64,000 nucleotides of DNA from an uncultured Bacilli bacterium (lineage in GTDB: Bacteria; Bacillota_I; Bacilli_A; RF39; UBA660), in NCBI GenBank assembly GCA_944358535.1, contig CALVRH010000003.1:6252-70251 (forward strand), given 5' to 3'. The translations under genes and the position numbers were made by a program. Shown piece after piece: positions 1 to 8,681 of the stretch. How positions within the stretch are numbered: the first letter of the stretch is position 1; every line of letters begins with the position of its first letter. Under the pieces are notes generated by a model, which was not told the origin of the DNA, did not search any database, and was given only the letters and a program-made list of their open reading frames with translations.

Positions 1-964
1 GTGGAGATAACAAGTTTAATTGAAAGAAGTTATTTATTAATACAGGAGTACTTGATAGAAAAGCTATTAAAGATATGGCTAGGTTTTTAGCAAAATAGTT
101 ATGTTTATTACTAATTATTTTAGAAAAAAATATTAAGAAGAAAGAAACTGTAAAAGATAAAAGAAATCCTAAATTATATATATAATATGGGTTATATACT
201 AGAAGAATACCACAGGTTATAGTAAGTAAATTAATGGTATTTATTTTTAGTTCGAATTGTTTATTAATTGTTAAGATTATAAAGAAAATTGTGGCTCTTA
301 AAATAGATGCTTGAAAGTTTGTTACAAAAAGATAGAATACTAGGAAGATAATTATTAATAAATAAGAAGTTGGTTTAGAAAATATTTTATTAAAGATAAA
401 AAGTAATATACAGGAAAAAAAGGTTATTTGAGTACCTGATATAGCTAGTAGATGACTAATACCATTTGTTTGATAGCTATCTTTAATATTTTCACTTAAT
501 CCATTATCATCACCTAATACTAGGGCTTTTAGGTAGTTTTCTGTTTTATATTTTTGTGTATGATTATAAAGCGTATTTTTTATTTGATAAAATATGTTTG
601 GTTTATTATTGAATATTTTTATATTATTAGCTGTAAAGGTATAGTATATTTTTTCGGATAAGAGGTAGTTTTGATAATTAAAAAGATTAAAATTTGTATT
701 TTTGTTTGGAAGTTTCATTTCGCCTATGGCTTTTATTTTTTGACCTAATTTACAGTTAAAGTTTTCATAATAGTTAATTAAAATATTTTCTTTACCTTTT
801 ACTTTAAGAGTTGTTTTTCCTTCTTTAGTTTGACAAGCATAGATATAACCGGTTATTTCTTTATCATTTAAGGAATATTTACTTAATGGTTTATTATTTA
901 TGGCAAATAGAACATATAGGATAACTAATATACTAAACGGTAATATTATTTTTAATTTTTTCAT
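1..964 (-). CDS. comEC: ComEC/Rec2 competence channel protein, N-terminal part (gene runs off the left window edge)
   Basis: Absent from the ORF track because there is no stop codon in the window. My hand translation of the minus strand from ATG 964-962 stays open to base 1: MKKLKIILPFSILVILYVLF...KALVLGDDNGLSENIKDSYQTNGISHLLAISGTQITFFSCILLF...LRATIFFIILT... The GISHLLAISG block and the multi-TM character are typical of ComEC. It lies directly downstream of comEA and overlaps it by 32 nt. Confidence 0.8.
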   Translation of the reverse strand, partial: MKKLKIILPFSILVILYVLFAINNKPLSKYSLNDKEITGYIYACQTKEGKTTLKVKGKENILINYYENFNCKLGQKIKAIGEMKLPNKNTNFNLFNYQNYLLSEKIYYTFTANNIKIFNNKPNIFYQIKNTLYNHTQKYKTENYLKALVLGDDNGLSENIKDSYQTNGISHLLAISGTQITFFSCILLFIFNKIFSKPTSYLLIIIFLVFYLFVTNFQASILRATIFFIILTINKQFELKINTINLLTITCGILLVYNPYYIYNLGFLLSFTVSFFLIFFSKIISNKHNYFAKNLAISLIAFLSSTPVLINNFFQLNLLSP

Positions 965-1625
965 ATACACTATCACCGATGCCTGAGACATTTTTAAGGT
1001 CTTCTATTGTTTTGAAGTTTCCGTTTTTTTCACGATAGTCGATGATGGCTTTTGCTTTTGATTCGCCTATACCATCTAATGTTTGGAGTTGTTCACTAGT
1101 GGCAGTATTGATATTTATTTTACCATTTATTTGACTATTTTCTTCGGACGATGTTTCACCATTTTCCGAATTATCTAATTTAGCTTTTTCATCTTCTTCT
1201 TTTATACAGGCGTCATTACATGGTGGGCATTCTATTTTTGGTTCTTCCATCTTTTGAATTTCACTTTTTGAATAGACGATGATAACCATTTCGTTTTCTA
1301 GTTTTTTGCTTAAGTTAATATTGCTGGTATCACTATTTTTAGTTAAACCTCCAGCTTTATTGATGGCGTCAATAACGGTATTATTAGATGTAAGTTCATA
1401 GACACCTGGAGTATTTATTTCACCTTTGACATCAACTAAGACTTTTTCTGTTTGACTTTTGGCTTTTTCATCATCTTTTGTTTCTTTTTCAGTTATTTCA
1501 GACTCTGTTTTAATATCGTTTTCGGTTTCGTTTTCCATACTATAGGTATCATAAATAGTAAAGGCAGTGAAAAAAATAAAAATTAAGATAAATATTTTAC
1601 TTTTATGTTTTTTTAAAAATTTCAT
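933..1625 (-). CDS. comEA: ComEA DNA receptor (N-terminal TM, SLBB-like domain, C-terminal tandem helix-hairpin-helix)
   Basis: The C-terminus NINTATSEQLQTLDGIGESKAKAIIDYREKNGNFKTIEDLKNVSGIGDSVYEKI is a classic ComEA HhH. It is followed by comEC. Confidence 0.85.
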   Translation of the reverse strand: MKFLKKHKSKIFILIFIFFTAFTIYDTYSMENETENDIKTESEITEKETKDDEKAKSQTEKVLVDVKGEINTPGVYELTSNNTVIDAINKAGGLTKNSDTSNINLSKKLENEMVIIVYSKSEIQKMEEPKIECPPCNDACIKEEDEKAKLDNSENGETSSEENSQINGKININTATSEQLQTLDGIGESKAKAIIDYREKNGNFKTIEDLKNVSGIGDSVYEKIKNNITV

Positions 1626-1674
1626 TTAATCACCTCTATATATAAACATACGACCAAAAAATAAAAATTCCTTT

Positions 1675-2847
1675 TTATTTTTGAGGAATTTTTATTTTTT
1701 TATTTTTTGATTCAACACAAATTCTTTGAACAATGGCTAGTGAAGATAATAAAGACAGTACAAAACTACCACCATAACTTAAGAATGGAAGTGGGACACC
1801 GGTTAATGGAATAATGCCAAACATACCACCTAAGTTAATAAATATATGAATGAATATATAACTAGCAATACCAACACAAATATATCTTCCTCTTAAACTA
1901 GAGGCTTTAGAACCAATAACAGATATACGATATAAAACAATACCATATAAAATGAAGATGAAGATTGTACGGTAAACACCATATTCTTCAGCAATAATAG
2001 CAAAGGCTGAATCGGTATGAGGCTCTGGAATATAAGAATATTTTTGTTTACTTTTACCGATACCAAGTCCCCAAAGTCCACCATCATTTATGGCTATATA
2101 ACTATTACATACTTGATATCCCCCATTTTCATAATTACCACAGGGGTCTAGAAATGAGGTGAATCTACTAATTCTAGCGTCATTTAAAATATAACCTTGA
2201 ACGTTATATATAACTAGTAAAGCTAAGCTACCTAAAACTACCATAAATAAAAATGTTTTTATTTTATCTATTTTTAGAATTGGACTAGCTAAAAACATCA
2301 TACCAATTATAAATAAAATTATAAGTAAGGTTCCAAAGTCCTTTTGAAGTACAATGGTAGCAGGAATAATCATAGCAATCAAGAGCATTGTTGCAATAGT
2401 GTCATAATGTTTTATATTAACAGTTCTTAATTTACGATAGTTTTTTTCAAATAATATTGCAAGTAAACATATAATAATTGGTTTTGAAAATTCACTGGGC
2501 TGAAGTTTGATGAATTTTAAGTCAATCCAGTTTTTAGAACCCGATAGTTCTTCAAAGGTTAAAGCCCAAAGGTTTAAAGCGATAACTGCGACAAATAGAA
2601 CTGGAACAATTATTTTATAATACTTAGTATCTGTTTTAAGAATGATTGCGCCACCAATTAAGCCAATGATGATGAAGGCTAGTTGACGGTAAAAATAATA
2701 GTATATAGAAACATCATAGTTAACAACGGCTGCTCTTGAAGAAGCTGTAACAATATTTAAAAGCCCAAATATAAATAAAGCCGCTGAGGCGAATAATAAT
2801 GGTTTATCTATGTCTTTTAAAAGTTTAAATAAAGATTTTTCTTTCAT
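1675..2847 (-). CDS. SEDS-family peptidoglycan glycosyltransferase (FtsW/RodA/SpoVE)
   Basis: A 390-aa polytopic membrane protein. The motifs EPHTDSAFAIIAEEYG and GIIPLTGVPLPFLSYGGS are typical of the FtsW/RodA family. Confidence 0.85.
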   Translation of the reverse strand: MKEKSLFKLLKDIDKPLLFASAALFIFGLLNIVTASSRAAVVNYDVSIYYYFYRQLAFIIIGLIGGAIILKTDTKYYKIIVPVLFVAVIALNLWALTFEELSGSKNWIDLKFIKLQPSEFSKPIIICLLAILFEKNYRKLRTVNIKHYDTIATMLLIAMIIPATIVLQKDFGTLLIILFIIGMMFLASPILKIDKIKTFLFMVVLGSLALLVIYNVQGYILNDARISRFTSFLDPCGNYENGGYQVCNSYIAINDGGLWGLGIGKSKQKYSYIPEPHTDSAFAIIAEEYGVYRTIFIFILYGIVLYRISVIGSKASSLRGRYICVGIASYIFIHIFINLGGMFGIIPLTGVPLPFLSYGGSFVLSLLSSLAIVQRICVESKNKKIKIPQK

Positions 2848-2990
2848 GATTCGCCTCCTATCCTTATATAATCATAGCATATTCTAAGTTTTTTTACTAG
2901 TTTTGATTTTTAAAAATTAAAATTAGGTGTTTTTAATATACGGTTTTTTACTTTATCATAAACTATATTAGAATAGATAGGAGGTATTAT

Positions 2991-3152
2991 ATGTATTACT
3001 ATGGTGGGTATCAAGGCTATGGCTGTGGCAATCCATGTGGTGGCTATGGCTATGGTGGCGGATACGGAACAGGTTATGGCGCAGCAATCATTTTAGTTCT
3101 ATTTATTTTACTTGTAATAATTATCGGAGCTAGAGCTTGGGGTAATAACTGA
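2991..3152 (+). CDS. YjcZ-like tiny Gly/Tyr-rich membrane protein (53 aa)
   Basis: Below the ORF-track size cut-off. GGAGG lies 6 nt upstream of the ATG. Hand translation gives MYYYGGYQGYGCGNPCGGYGYGGGYGTGYGAAIILVLFILLVIIIGARAWGNN. A G/Y-rich head plus a single TM tail matches the YjcZ / tiny_TM_bacill sporulation family as I remember it. A hairpin terminator follows. Confidence 0.6.
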   Translation: MYYYGGYQGYGCGNPCGGYGYGGGYGTGYGAAIILVLFILLVIIIGARAWGNN

Positions 3153-3156
3153 TTTT

Positions 3157-3190
3157 AAAAAGGCTGTTATATTTTAATAACGGCCTTTTT
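3157..3190. terminator. Bidirectional intrinsic terminator between the yjcZ-like gene and the convergent 3192..4085 gene
   Basis: AGGCTGTTAT (3161-3170) pairs with ATAACGGCCT (3177-3186), a 10-bp stem with one G-U pair. The hairpin is flanked by an A-run and a T-run. Confidence 0.7.
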
Positions 3191-3191
3191 G

Positions 3192-4085
3192 CTATTCAAT
3201 GGTATATGGATCAGACTCTGTGCCTGTTCCTTCAATTTTAATTTTAGAATTTAAATATAAAGCAGGTCTTATTAACGCGTTTTCACCAGCATACTGTTCA
3301 TAAATATAACCTCTATTATAAATATAAAAAACTGTTGAATCATTTTTATCACTTGGTGTTAATAACCACCAAGCTATTCCAAGATGTTGCCAATTTGTAT
3401 TATTACATGTTTCAGGCCATGCATTAAAAGAACCACAATATTCTTTATTGGAGTTAGCTCTTATAAATTCACTAGCAGTAATTAGTCCAATTTTTCCATG
3501 CCATTTATTAGAATTTTCATTATTTATTTGAGTTTTTATATTATTATTATTGTATGTTACTGCTCCTATGCTCCAATTTTTTGCAACTATTTGACTTTTA
3601 GCAATATCAGTTAAATTTTTATAATATTCTTCATTTAAATATGTATTTAATGTAGATGGACGCGCCCAATTATTATTTCCATCAGTTCCAAACACATTAT
3701 CCCACTTCATACTATCAATAACAGTATTTTTTGTTATTTTAATTGTTTTATCACACTCTACTGATATTATTCGCCAGCTTTCATTATTAAAAGTTATATA
3801 GTTATTTGGGCTTGCTCCAGTAAAAAAATATCTACATTCATATTCATCTTTTTCTAAGTTATTATCTTTTATTATTTGATCTCCTGCACTCGGAAAACAT
3901 ACTCCATATAATTCATCTATAGCATCTTGAACATTTTCTGATTTTAATTCGGTATTTGTATTATCATAAGTGGTTTGGTTACTTGGGAAAAATGTTTCAG
4001 CATACACAGTTATTATACTAACGGAAATTATTCCTAATATGAATCCTGGTAAATAACATTTAAAAAAATCTTTTATTTTTTTCAT
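3192..4085 (-). CDS. Membrane-anchored extracellular protein of unknown function
   Basis: N-terminal TM (YLPGFILGIISVSIITVYA), an Asn/Trp-rich ectodomain and a C-terminal WWLLTP...ALIRPALYL motif seen in many uncharacterised Firmicute surface proteins. No family is named with confidence. Confidence 0.45.
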   Translation of the reverse strand: MKKIKDFFKCYLPGFILGIISVSIITVYAETFFPSNQTTYDNTNTELKSENVQDAIDELYGVCFPSAGDQIIKDNNLEKDEYECRYFFTGASPNNYITFNNESWRIISVECDKTIKITKNTVIDSMKWDNVFGTDGNNNWARPSTLNTYLNEEYYKNLTDIAKSQIVAKNWSIGAVTYNNNNIKTQINNENSNKWHGKIGLITASEFIRANSNKEYCGSFNAWPETCNNTNWQHLGIAWWLLTPSDKNDSTVFYIYNRGYIYEQYAGENALIRPALYLNSKIKIEGTGTESDPYTIE

Positions 4086-4248
4086 TAATTAACTCTCCTT
4101 TACTTTCTATATGAAGTATAACACATTTTTGATGCCTTGTTAAGATATATCTTAATAATTTTTAGTGGTATTAAGTTCTTTATACTTTAAATTTATAATT
4201 TATATATAATTAAGTTTTGTCTTAATATAGTAAAGGTAGAGTGAGAAA

Positions 4249-4509
4249 ATGAAAGCGATGGAATTAGTTGGATTAAATACTAAGTGGTATAGATATCAAA
4301 ATAGGTTAACCCAAGAGCAATTTGCCAATAAAACTAAGTTTAAAATGGCATATATTAGTACTATTGAAAATGGCGATGCGAATTTAACTTGTAAAAATAT
4401 AGATAATATTGCTAAAACATTTGGAATACAAGTTAATTTATTGTTTGATGAAAAAACAGCTAAATTAGCTAAAAGCTTGCCAAAGCGTGTTGATTTATAT
4501 AAAAATTAA
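4249..4509 (+). CDS. XRE-family helix-turn-helix regulator
   Basis: LTQEQFANKTKFKMAYISTIENGDANLTCKNIDNIAKTF is a Cro/C1-type HTH. The gene is divergent from 3192..4085. Confidence 0.75.
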   Translation: MKAMELVGLNTKWYRYQNRLTQEQFANKTKFKMAYISTIENGDANLTCKNIDNIAKTFGIQVNLLFDEKTAKLAKSLPKRVDLYKN

Positions 4510-4651
4510 ATTATAGTCTTTAAAAGACTTTTTATTTTGACAATTTATCTTTATAAGTTTATAATACTCATTGCTTTTAAGGTGTAAATAAATATAAAAA
4601 CATTAATTATTTATTATTAAATATGGTAAAATAGATATATGGAGGTGGAAT

Positions 4652-5200
4652 ATGTTTAAACCTTTAAATATTTTAGATGAGAAGCACAAGATTCTTAGAC
4701 AGACGAGTAAAGAAGTTATGCTTCCACTATCTAAAGAAGATAAAAAGACAATTGACCAAATTATTAAACATTTAACATATAGTCAAATAGAAAAATATGC
4801 GGAAAAGTATGATTTAAGACCTGGTATGGGACTTGCTTTCCCACAACTTGGACAACTTAAAAGAATAATTGTGATTGTATATGAGTATGAAGATGGTAAA
4901 TTTCAAAATTATGTAATTGTTAATCCTAAGATAATTAGTCACTCTGAAGAGAAAGTGGCATTAGAAACGGGAGAAGGTTGCCTTAGTGTAAACCGTGAGG
5001 TTGAAGGACATGTACCTAGGTATGCCAGAATTACAATTACTGGTTATGATCCAGATGGTGAGAAAATAACAATTAGAGCTAGAGAAGATTTATCAGTGGC
5101 TTTTCAACATGAGGTAGATCATTTGGATGGGATTTTATTTTTTGATAGAATAGATAAAAATAAACCATTTTTTAACGAAAATGAGATTAGATTGATTTAG
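4652..5200 (+). CDS. def: Peptide deformylase
   Basis: Three PDF motifs are present: GMGLAFPQLG, EGCLS and HEVDHLDG. Confidence 0.9.
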   Translation: MFKPLNILDEKHKILRQTSKEVMLPLSKEDKKTIDQIIKHLTYSQIEKYAEKYDLRPGMGLAFPQLGQLKRIIVIVYEYEDGKFQNYVIVNPKIISHSEEKVALETGEGCLSVNREVEGHVPRYARITITGYDPDGEKITIRAREDLSVAFQHEVDHLDGILFFDRIDKNKPFFNENEIRLI

Positions 5201-5202
5201 GA

Positions 5203-6942
5203 GTGGTTGCTTTGAAAAAAATAATTGCGAAATATTTGATATTAATTATTATTACTTTTGCAGTATCAATTTTTATTTATGAATATGTGATGGATAACAA
5301 ACCAATTGATACAGAAAGTGATATATTTGCAGTTCAACATGAAAGTGAAATGCAATATTTAAGTAATACAAATTATACTATTGAGAGTCCAAATGTTATT
5401 TTGAATCCGTATGGTAATTCTCCGCTTTCTGCTTTAATTGTTTTTCAAACTAAAGATTTAACTACAACTACAGTTACGATTAAAGGTAAAGATGGTGCGA
5501 ATGATTTAAAACATACATTTACACCAACTAAGGTACATATTTTACCAATTTATGGCCTTTATGCAGGCTATGATAATAAAGTAATTATTGAAGCTAGTGG
5601 TATTACTAAAGAAATTACAATTACAACTTCTTCACTACCGGATGATTTTTCAAAGGTAACTGACTTATCAAATGCTGATTTTGAAACTGATGAATTTTAT
5701 TTTACGACACCAGAAGAGATAGGTTATACAGCAGCTTATGATGAAAATGGTGAAGTTAGATGGTATTTAATTGGTGATTACAAATGGGATATTCAAAGAC
5801 TAAATAATGGGCATATTTTACTTAGTAGTGACAAGATTTTAAGAAGAAATTATAGTATTGGCCTTATCGAGATGGATTTGCTTGGAAAAATATATTATGA
5901 ATATACGGTACCTGGTGGTTACCATCATGATGTGTATGAACTTAATAATGGAAATTTTCTTTTAGCCTCAAATAAAATTGGTCGCTCGACATTTGAAGAT
6001 ATTGCGATAGAAATTGATCGAGCAAGTGGTAATATTGTTAAAGAAATTGATTTGTATAAGATTTTACCTGGTGAGAAGAAAGGTAATTGGTTTGGAATGA
6101 ATTCAATCAATTACGATATAAATACTAATTCTATTACAATATCTGGGTATAACGGAAATATGATAGTGAATTTGGACTACCCTACTTTAGATATTAACTG
6201 GATTATTGCTGATAAAGATAAAGTTGATAGTGACTATAAGCCATATCTATTAAATGTGGATGGTAACATCGACTATCCTAATAAGCCAGAATCTGTTAAT
6301 TTACTTAACGATAATAAGCTGTTATTTGCTAGCGAAGTCAATGGAAAAAAACATTTACTTACATACAGAATAGATTATTCAAATAGAACGGTTAAAGAGC
6401 TTGATGATTTTGAATTACCGACTAATGAAGAGACCTATTTGGAAATTTTAGGCGAAAATGATTTTGTTATTACTCAAGGGCATACACTTATGGAAGTTCA
6501 AAATAATAAAGCGGTTATAAGTATGAATGTCAATTCTACTTTATATAATACTAAAAAAATGAGTCTATATGCGAATGATGTTTATACAGGAGTTTATGGT
6601 GTTAGACTTGGCAGTTTAGGTGAATCTAAAACTACTAATAACCATTTACTTTTAGGGGCAAAAAATGATGATTCTATTTTAGATAAGTATGCTATTTCGC
6701 TTTATAAGGATGTTTATGGGCTTAAAGTTAATGGAACATTTAAAGAAAGTGATGAGGTTCAAATTATTTTGGACAATGTTTTAGATAAAAAGACATATGA
6801 TTTATTGTTGCCAAAGGATTCTAGCAAAAAAACTACTACTTCGAGATATATTAGTGAAGATGGTATTAAAGGAAAATATTATATTTATTTAAGAATTAAT
6901 GGAAAAATTTATAAGTTACATAAATATGTTAATTTTTATTAA
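5203..6942 (+). CDS. Membrane-anchored arylsulfotransferase (ASST)-like beta-propeller protein
   Basis: GTG start and N-terminal TM. GGYHHDVYELNNGNFLL and the repeated propeller-like segments resemble the aryl-sulfate sulfotransferase family. This is a recognition-level call only. Confidence 0.5.
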   Translation: MVALKKIIAKYLILIIITFAVSIFIYEYVMDNKPIDTESDIFAVQHESEMQYLSNTNYTIESPNVILNPYGNSPLSALIVFQTKDLTTTTVTIKGKDGANDLKHTFTPTKVHILPIYGLYAGYDNKVIIEASGITKEITITTSSLPDDFSKVTDLSNADFETDEFYFTTPEEIGYTAAYDENGEVRWYLIGDYKWDIQRLNNGHILLSSDKILRRNYSIGLIEMDLLGKIYYEYTVPGGYHHDVYELNNGNFLLASNKIGRSTFEDIAIEIDRASGNIVKEIDLYKILPGEKKGNWFGMNSINYDINTNSITISGYNGNMIVNLDYPTLDINWIIADKDKVDSDYKPYLLNVDGNIDYPNKPESVNLLNDNKLLFASEVNGKKHLLTYRIDYSNRTVKELDDFELPTNEETYLEILGENDFVITQGHTLMEVQNNKAVISMNVNSTLYNTKKMSLYANDVYTGVYGVRLGSLGESKTTNNHLLLGAKNDDSILDKYAISLYKDVYGLKVNGTFKESDEVQIILDNVLDKKTYDLLLPKDSSKKTTTSRYISEDGIKGKYYIYLRINGKIYKLHKYVNFY

Positions 6943-6955
6943 AAACGTTAGATTT

Positions 6956-7390
6956 TTAGTCTAACGTTTTATTGTTACCATTATATCCTTCGGTTTCATA
7001 ATTTGTACCACATTTTAAATATGGCTTATAAGAAATTTGAGCCTTGTCTTGAATAAATTCAACATAGCCTGTACATTCAGTGTTTTTATCATTAGGGTCT
7101 ATAAGCTTATCTAAATAGTTTGCTTCTCTTAGCATGGAGTAGCTTAGTTCCCATATTTCAGTATCATTAGAGTTACCAGAATAAGTATCATTTTGATATC
7201 TTTCGGCAGCTTTTTCAAGTTCTTTTTCTAAATCTTGATAAGTAACTTTTTTAGTTTGTTCTTTGACATCTGAAGTAACATCAGCACTTGGAATGATACT
7301 TCTATATAATGAGGCAATAATTATTATGCAAATAAAGATTACAGCAAATACGATAACAAATTCTTTTAAACCAAATCCTTTTTGATTCAT
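6956..7390 (-). CDS. Prepilin-type N-terminal cleavage/methylation domain protein (pseudopilin-like)
   Basis: The N-terminus MNQKGFGLKEFVIVFAVIFICIIIIASL fits the class III signal G/FxLxE with Glu at +5, followed by a hydrophobic helix. The start overlaps the stop of the upstream gene by 4 nt. Confidence 0.6.
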   Translation of the reverse strand: MNQKGFGLKEFVIVFAVIFICIIIIASLYRSIIPSADVTSDVKEQTKKVTYQDLEKELEKAAERYQNDTYSGNSNDTEIWELSYSMLREANYLDKLIDPNDKNTECTGYVEFIQDKAQISYKPYLKCGTNYETEGYNGNNKTLD

Positions 7391-8046
7391 ATTCTCTTGC
7401 CTTTCATTTTATCAATATTAAATCTATATAGAGTACCTGGACGTCCACTAGATTTTGCTTGTTTAAAGCCAGTATCAACAACTAAATCTTGATTAACGAA
7501 TTTTTTGTGGAAGTTTCGGCGGTCAATTGGTTTTTCTAATACATATTCATAAAAGTTTTGAAGTTCTGGAAGTGTGAAATCGCTTGGGAAAAATTTGATA
7601 AGTATATCATCATAATTAGTAGTTATTTTATTTCTTAAATCATTGATTACTGCATTAATTATTTGTTCATGGTCAAAACCTAGTTTTGGAAGTTCATCTA
7701 TTTGAAACCAAGATTTATCATTAGTATTTTGTTTAATATCAGTTAAAGTTTTATCAGTGATAGCAGTAAAAGATATTGCAATTACTCTTTCACTATTATG
7801 ACGATTTAGGTTACTAAAGGCTTGAGTTTGAAAGATAGTACCTTCATCAAGTCCTGTAGTATTTTTATAAATTGCTTCAGCATTTTCTTCTAAGGTAGTT
7901 TCTCTATCTAGAAATTTACCAGGAATAGTCCAATATCCTTTATATGGTTCTTCTTTCTTTTTTTCTAGATAAATTTTTAGTTTTCCTTCATCAGATGATA
8001 AAATAAGTAATAATGTTTCGACGACATTATAATAAGAATTTTTCAT
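7387..8046 (-). CDS. NrtR-like regulator (degenerate Nudix domain plus C-terminal winged helix)
   Basis: The Nudix-like core GYWTIPGKFLDRETTLEENAEAIYKNTTGL lacks the canonical REx2EE. The C-terminal DRRNFHKKFVNQDLVVDTG...GRPGTLYRFN matches the NrtR wHTH signature. Confidence 0.6.
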   Translation of the reverse strand: MKNSYYNVVETLLLILSSDEGKLKIYLEKKKEEPYKGYWTIPGKFLDRETTLEENAEAIYKNTTGLDEGTIFQTQAFSNLNRHNSERVIAISFTAITDKTLTDIKQNTNDKSWFQIDELPKLGFDHEQIINAVINDLRNKITTNYDDILIKFFPSDFTLPELQNFYEYVLEKPIDRRNFHKKFVNQDLVVDTGFKQAKSSGRPGTLYRFNIDKMKGKRI

Positions 8047-8103
8047 AAAATCACCCTTTGCGTAAAAATTTACGCATTATTATATATCGATATTGATAAT
8101 TTG

Positions 8104-8613
8104 TCAATTTAGGGTGTTTTGGCTTTGATTTTTTATTTTGTCATAAGTAATTGCCATAGCGTATTTAAAGTTTGGATTGGCTTCTATTTTCATCATTAAA
8201 TCATTATATTCTTCATTTTCTATAGGATAAGAAAATATGCATAAATCTTCAGCTTCGATATTTTTTTTAGTTCTTAAAGCGGTTTCTAAGACTGCTATAT
8301 CTGAGGTAATTGCATTATATTTATCCGTTTGCCTATAAGCTAAAACTGTCTTAATCATCATAAAAGTGATGATACTATGATTATATTCTTTTTGAAAATA
8401 TTCATCTAATAGTTTTACTTGGTCACGATAATCATTAGTATTACTAATACATGAATAATCTTTTTTATATATCATCATAACTAATTTTACTAAATCGTAT
8501 TTTTTGAAATGTTGAGTCTTTATAGCATAATTTATAGCTTCATCTACAATATCATATACTGGATTTTCAAATTCTAGTTTTAATTTTAAATTTAATATTT
8601 CTTCATCTGTCAT
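8104..8613 (-). CDS. Hypothetical cytoplasmic protein
   Basis: Clean 169-aa ORF with a plausible RBS and no recognisable motif. Confidence 0.4.
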   Translation of the reverse strand: MTDEEILNLKLKLEFENPVYDIVDEAINYAIKTQHFKKYDLVKLVMMIYKKDYSCISNTNDYRDQVKLLDEYFQKEYNHSIITFMMIKTVLAYRQTDKYNAITSDIAVLETALRTKKNIEAEDLCIFSYPIENEEYNDLMMKIEANPNFKYAMAITYDKIKNQSQNTLN

Positions 8614-8681
8614 GTTTAACCCCTTCTTTACTATATAACATTATAGCAAAAAAAACAGATAAAAAAAAGAGCGATTTGCTC

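Noticed and set aside
1893-2087. Out-of-frame 64-aa ORF within the SEDS gene
   Set aside because: It is on the same strand but in another frame inside a conserved membrane protein gene, so it is spurious.
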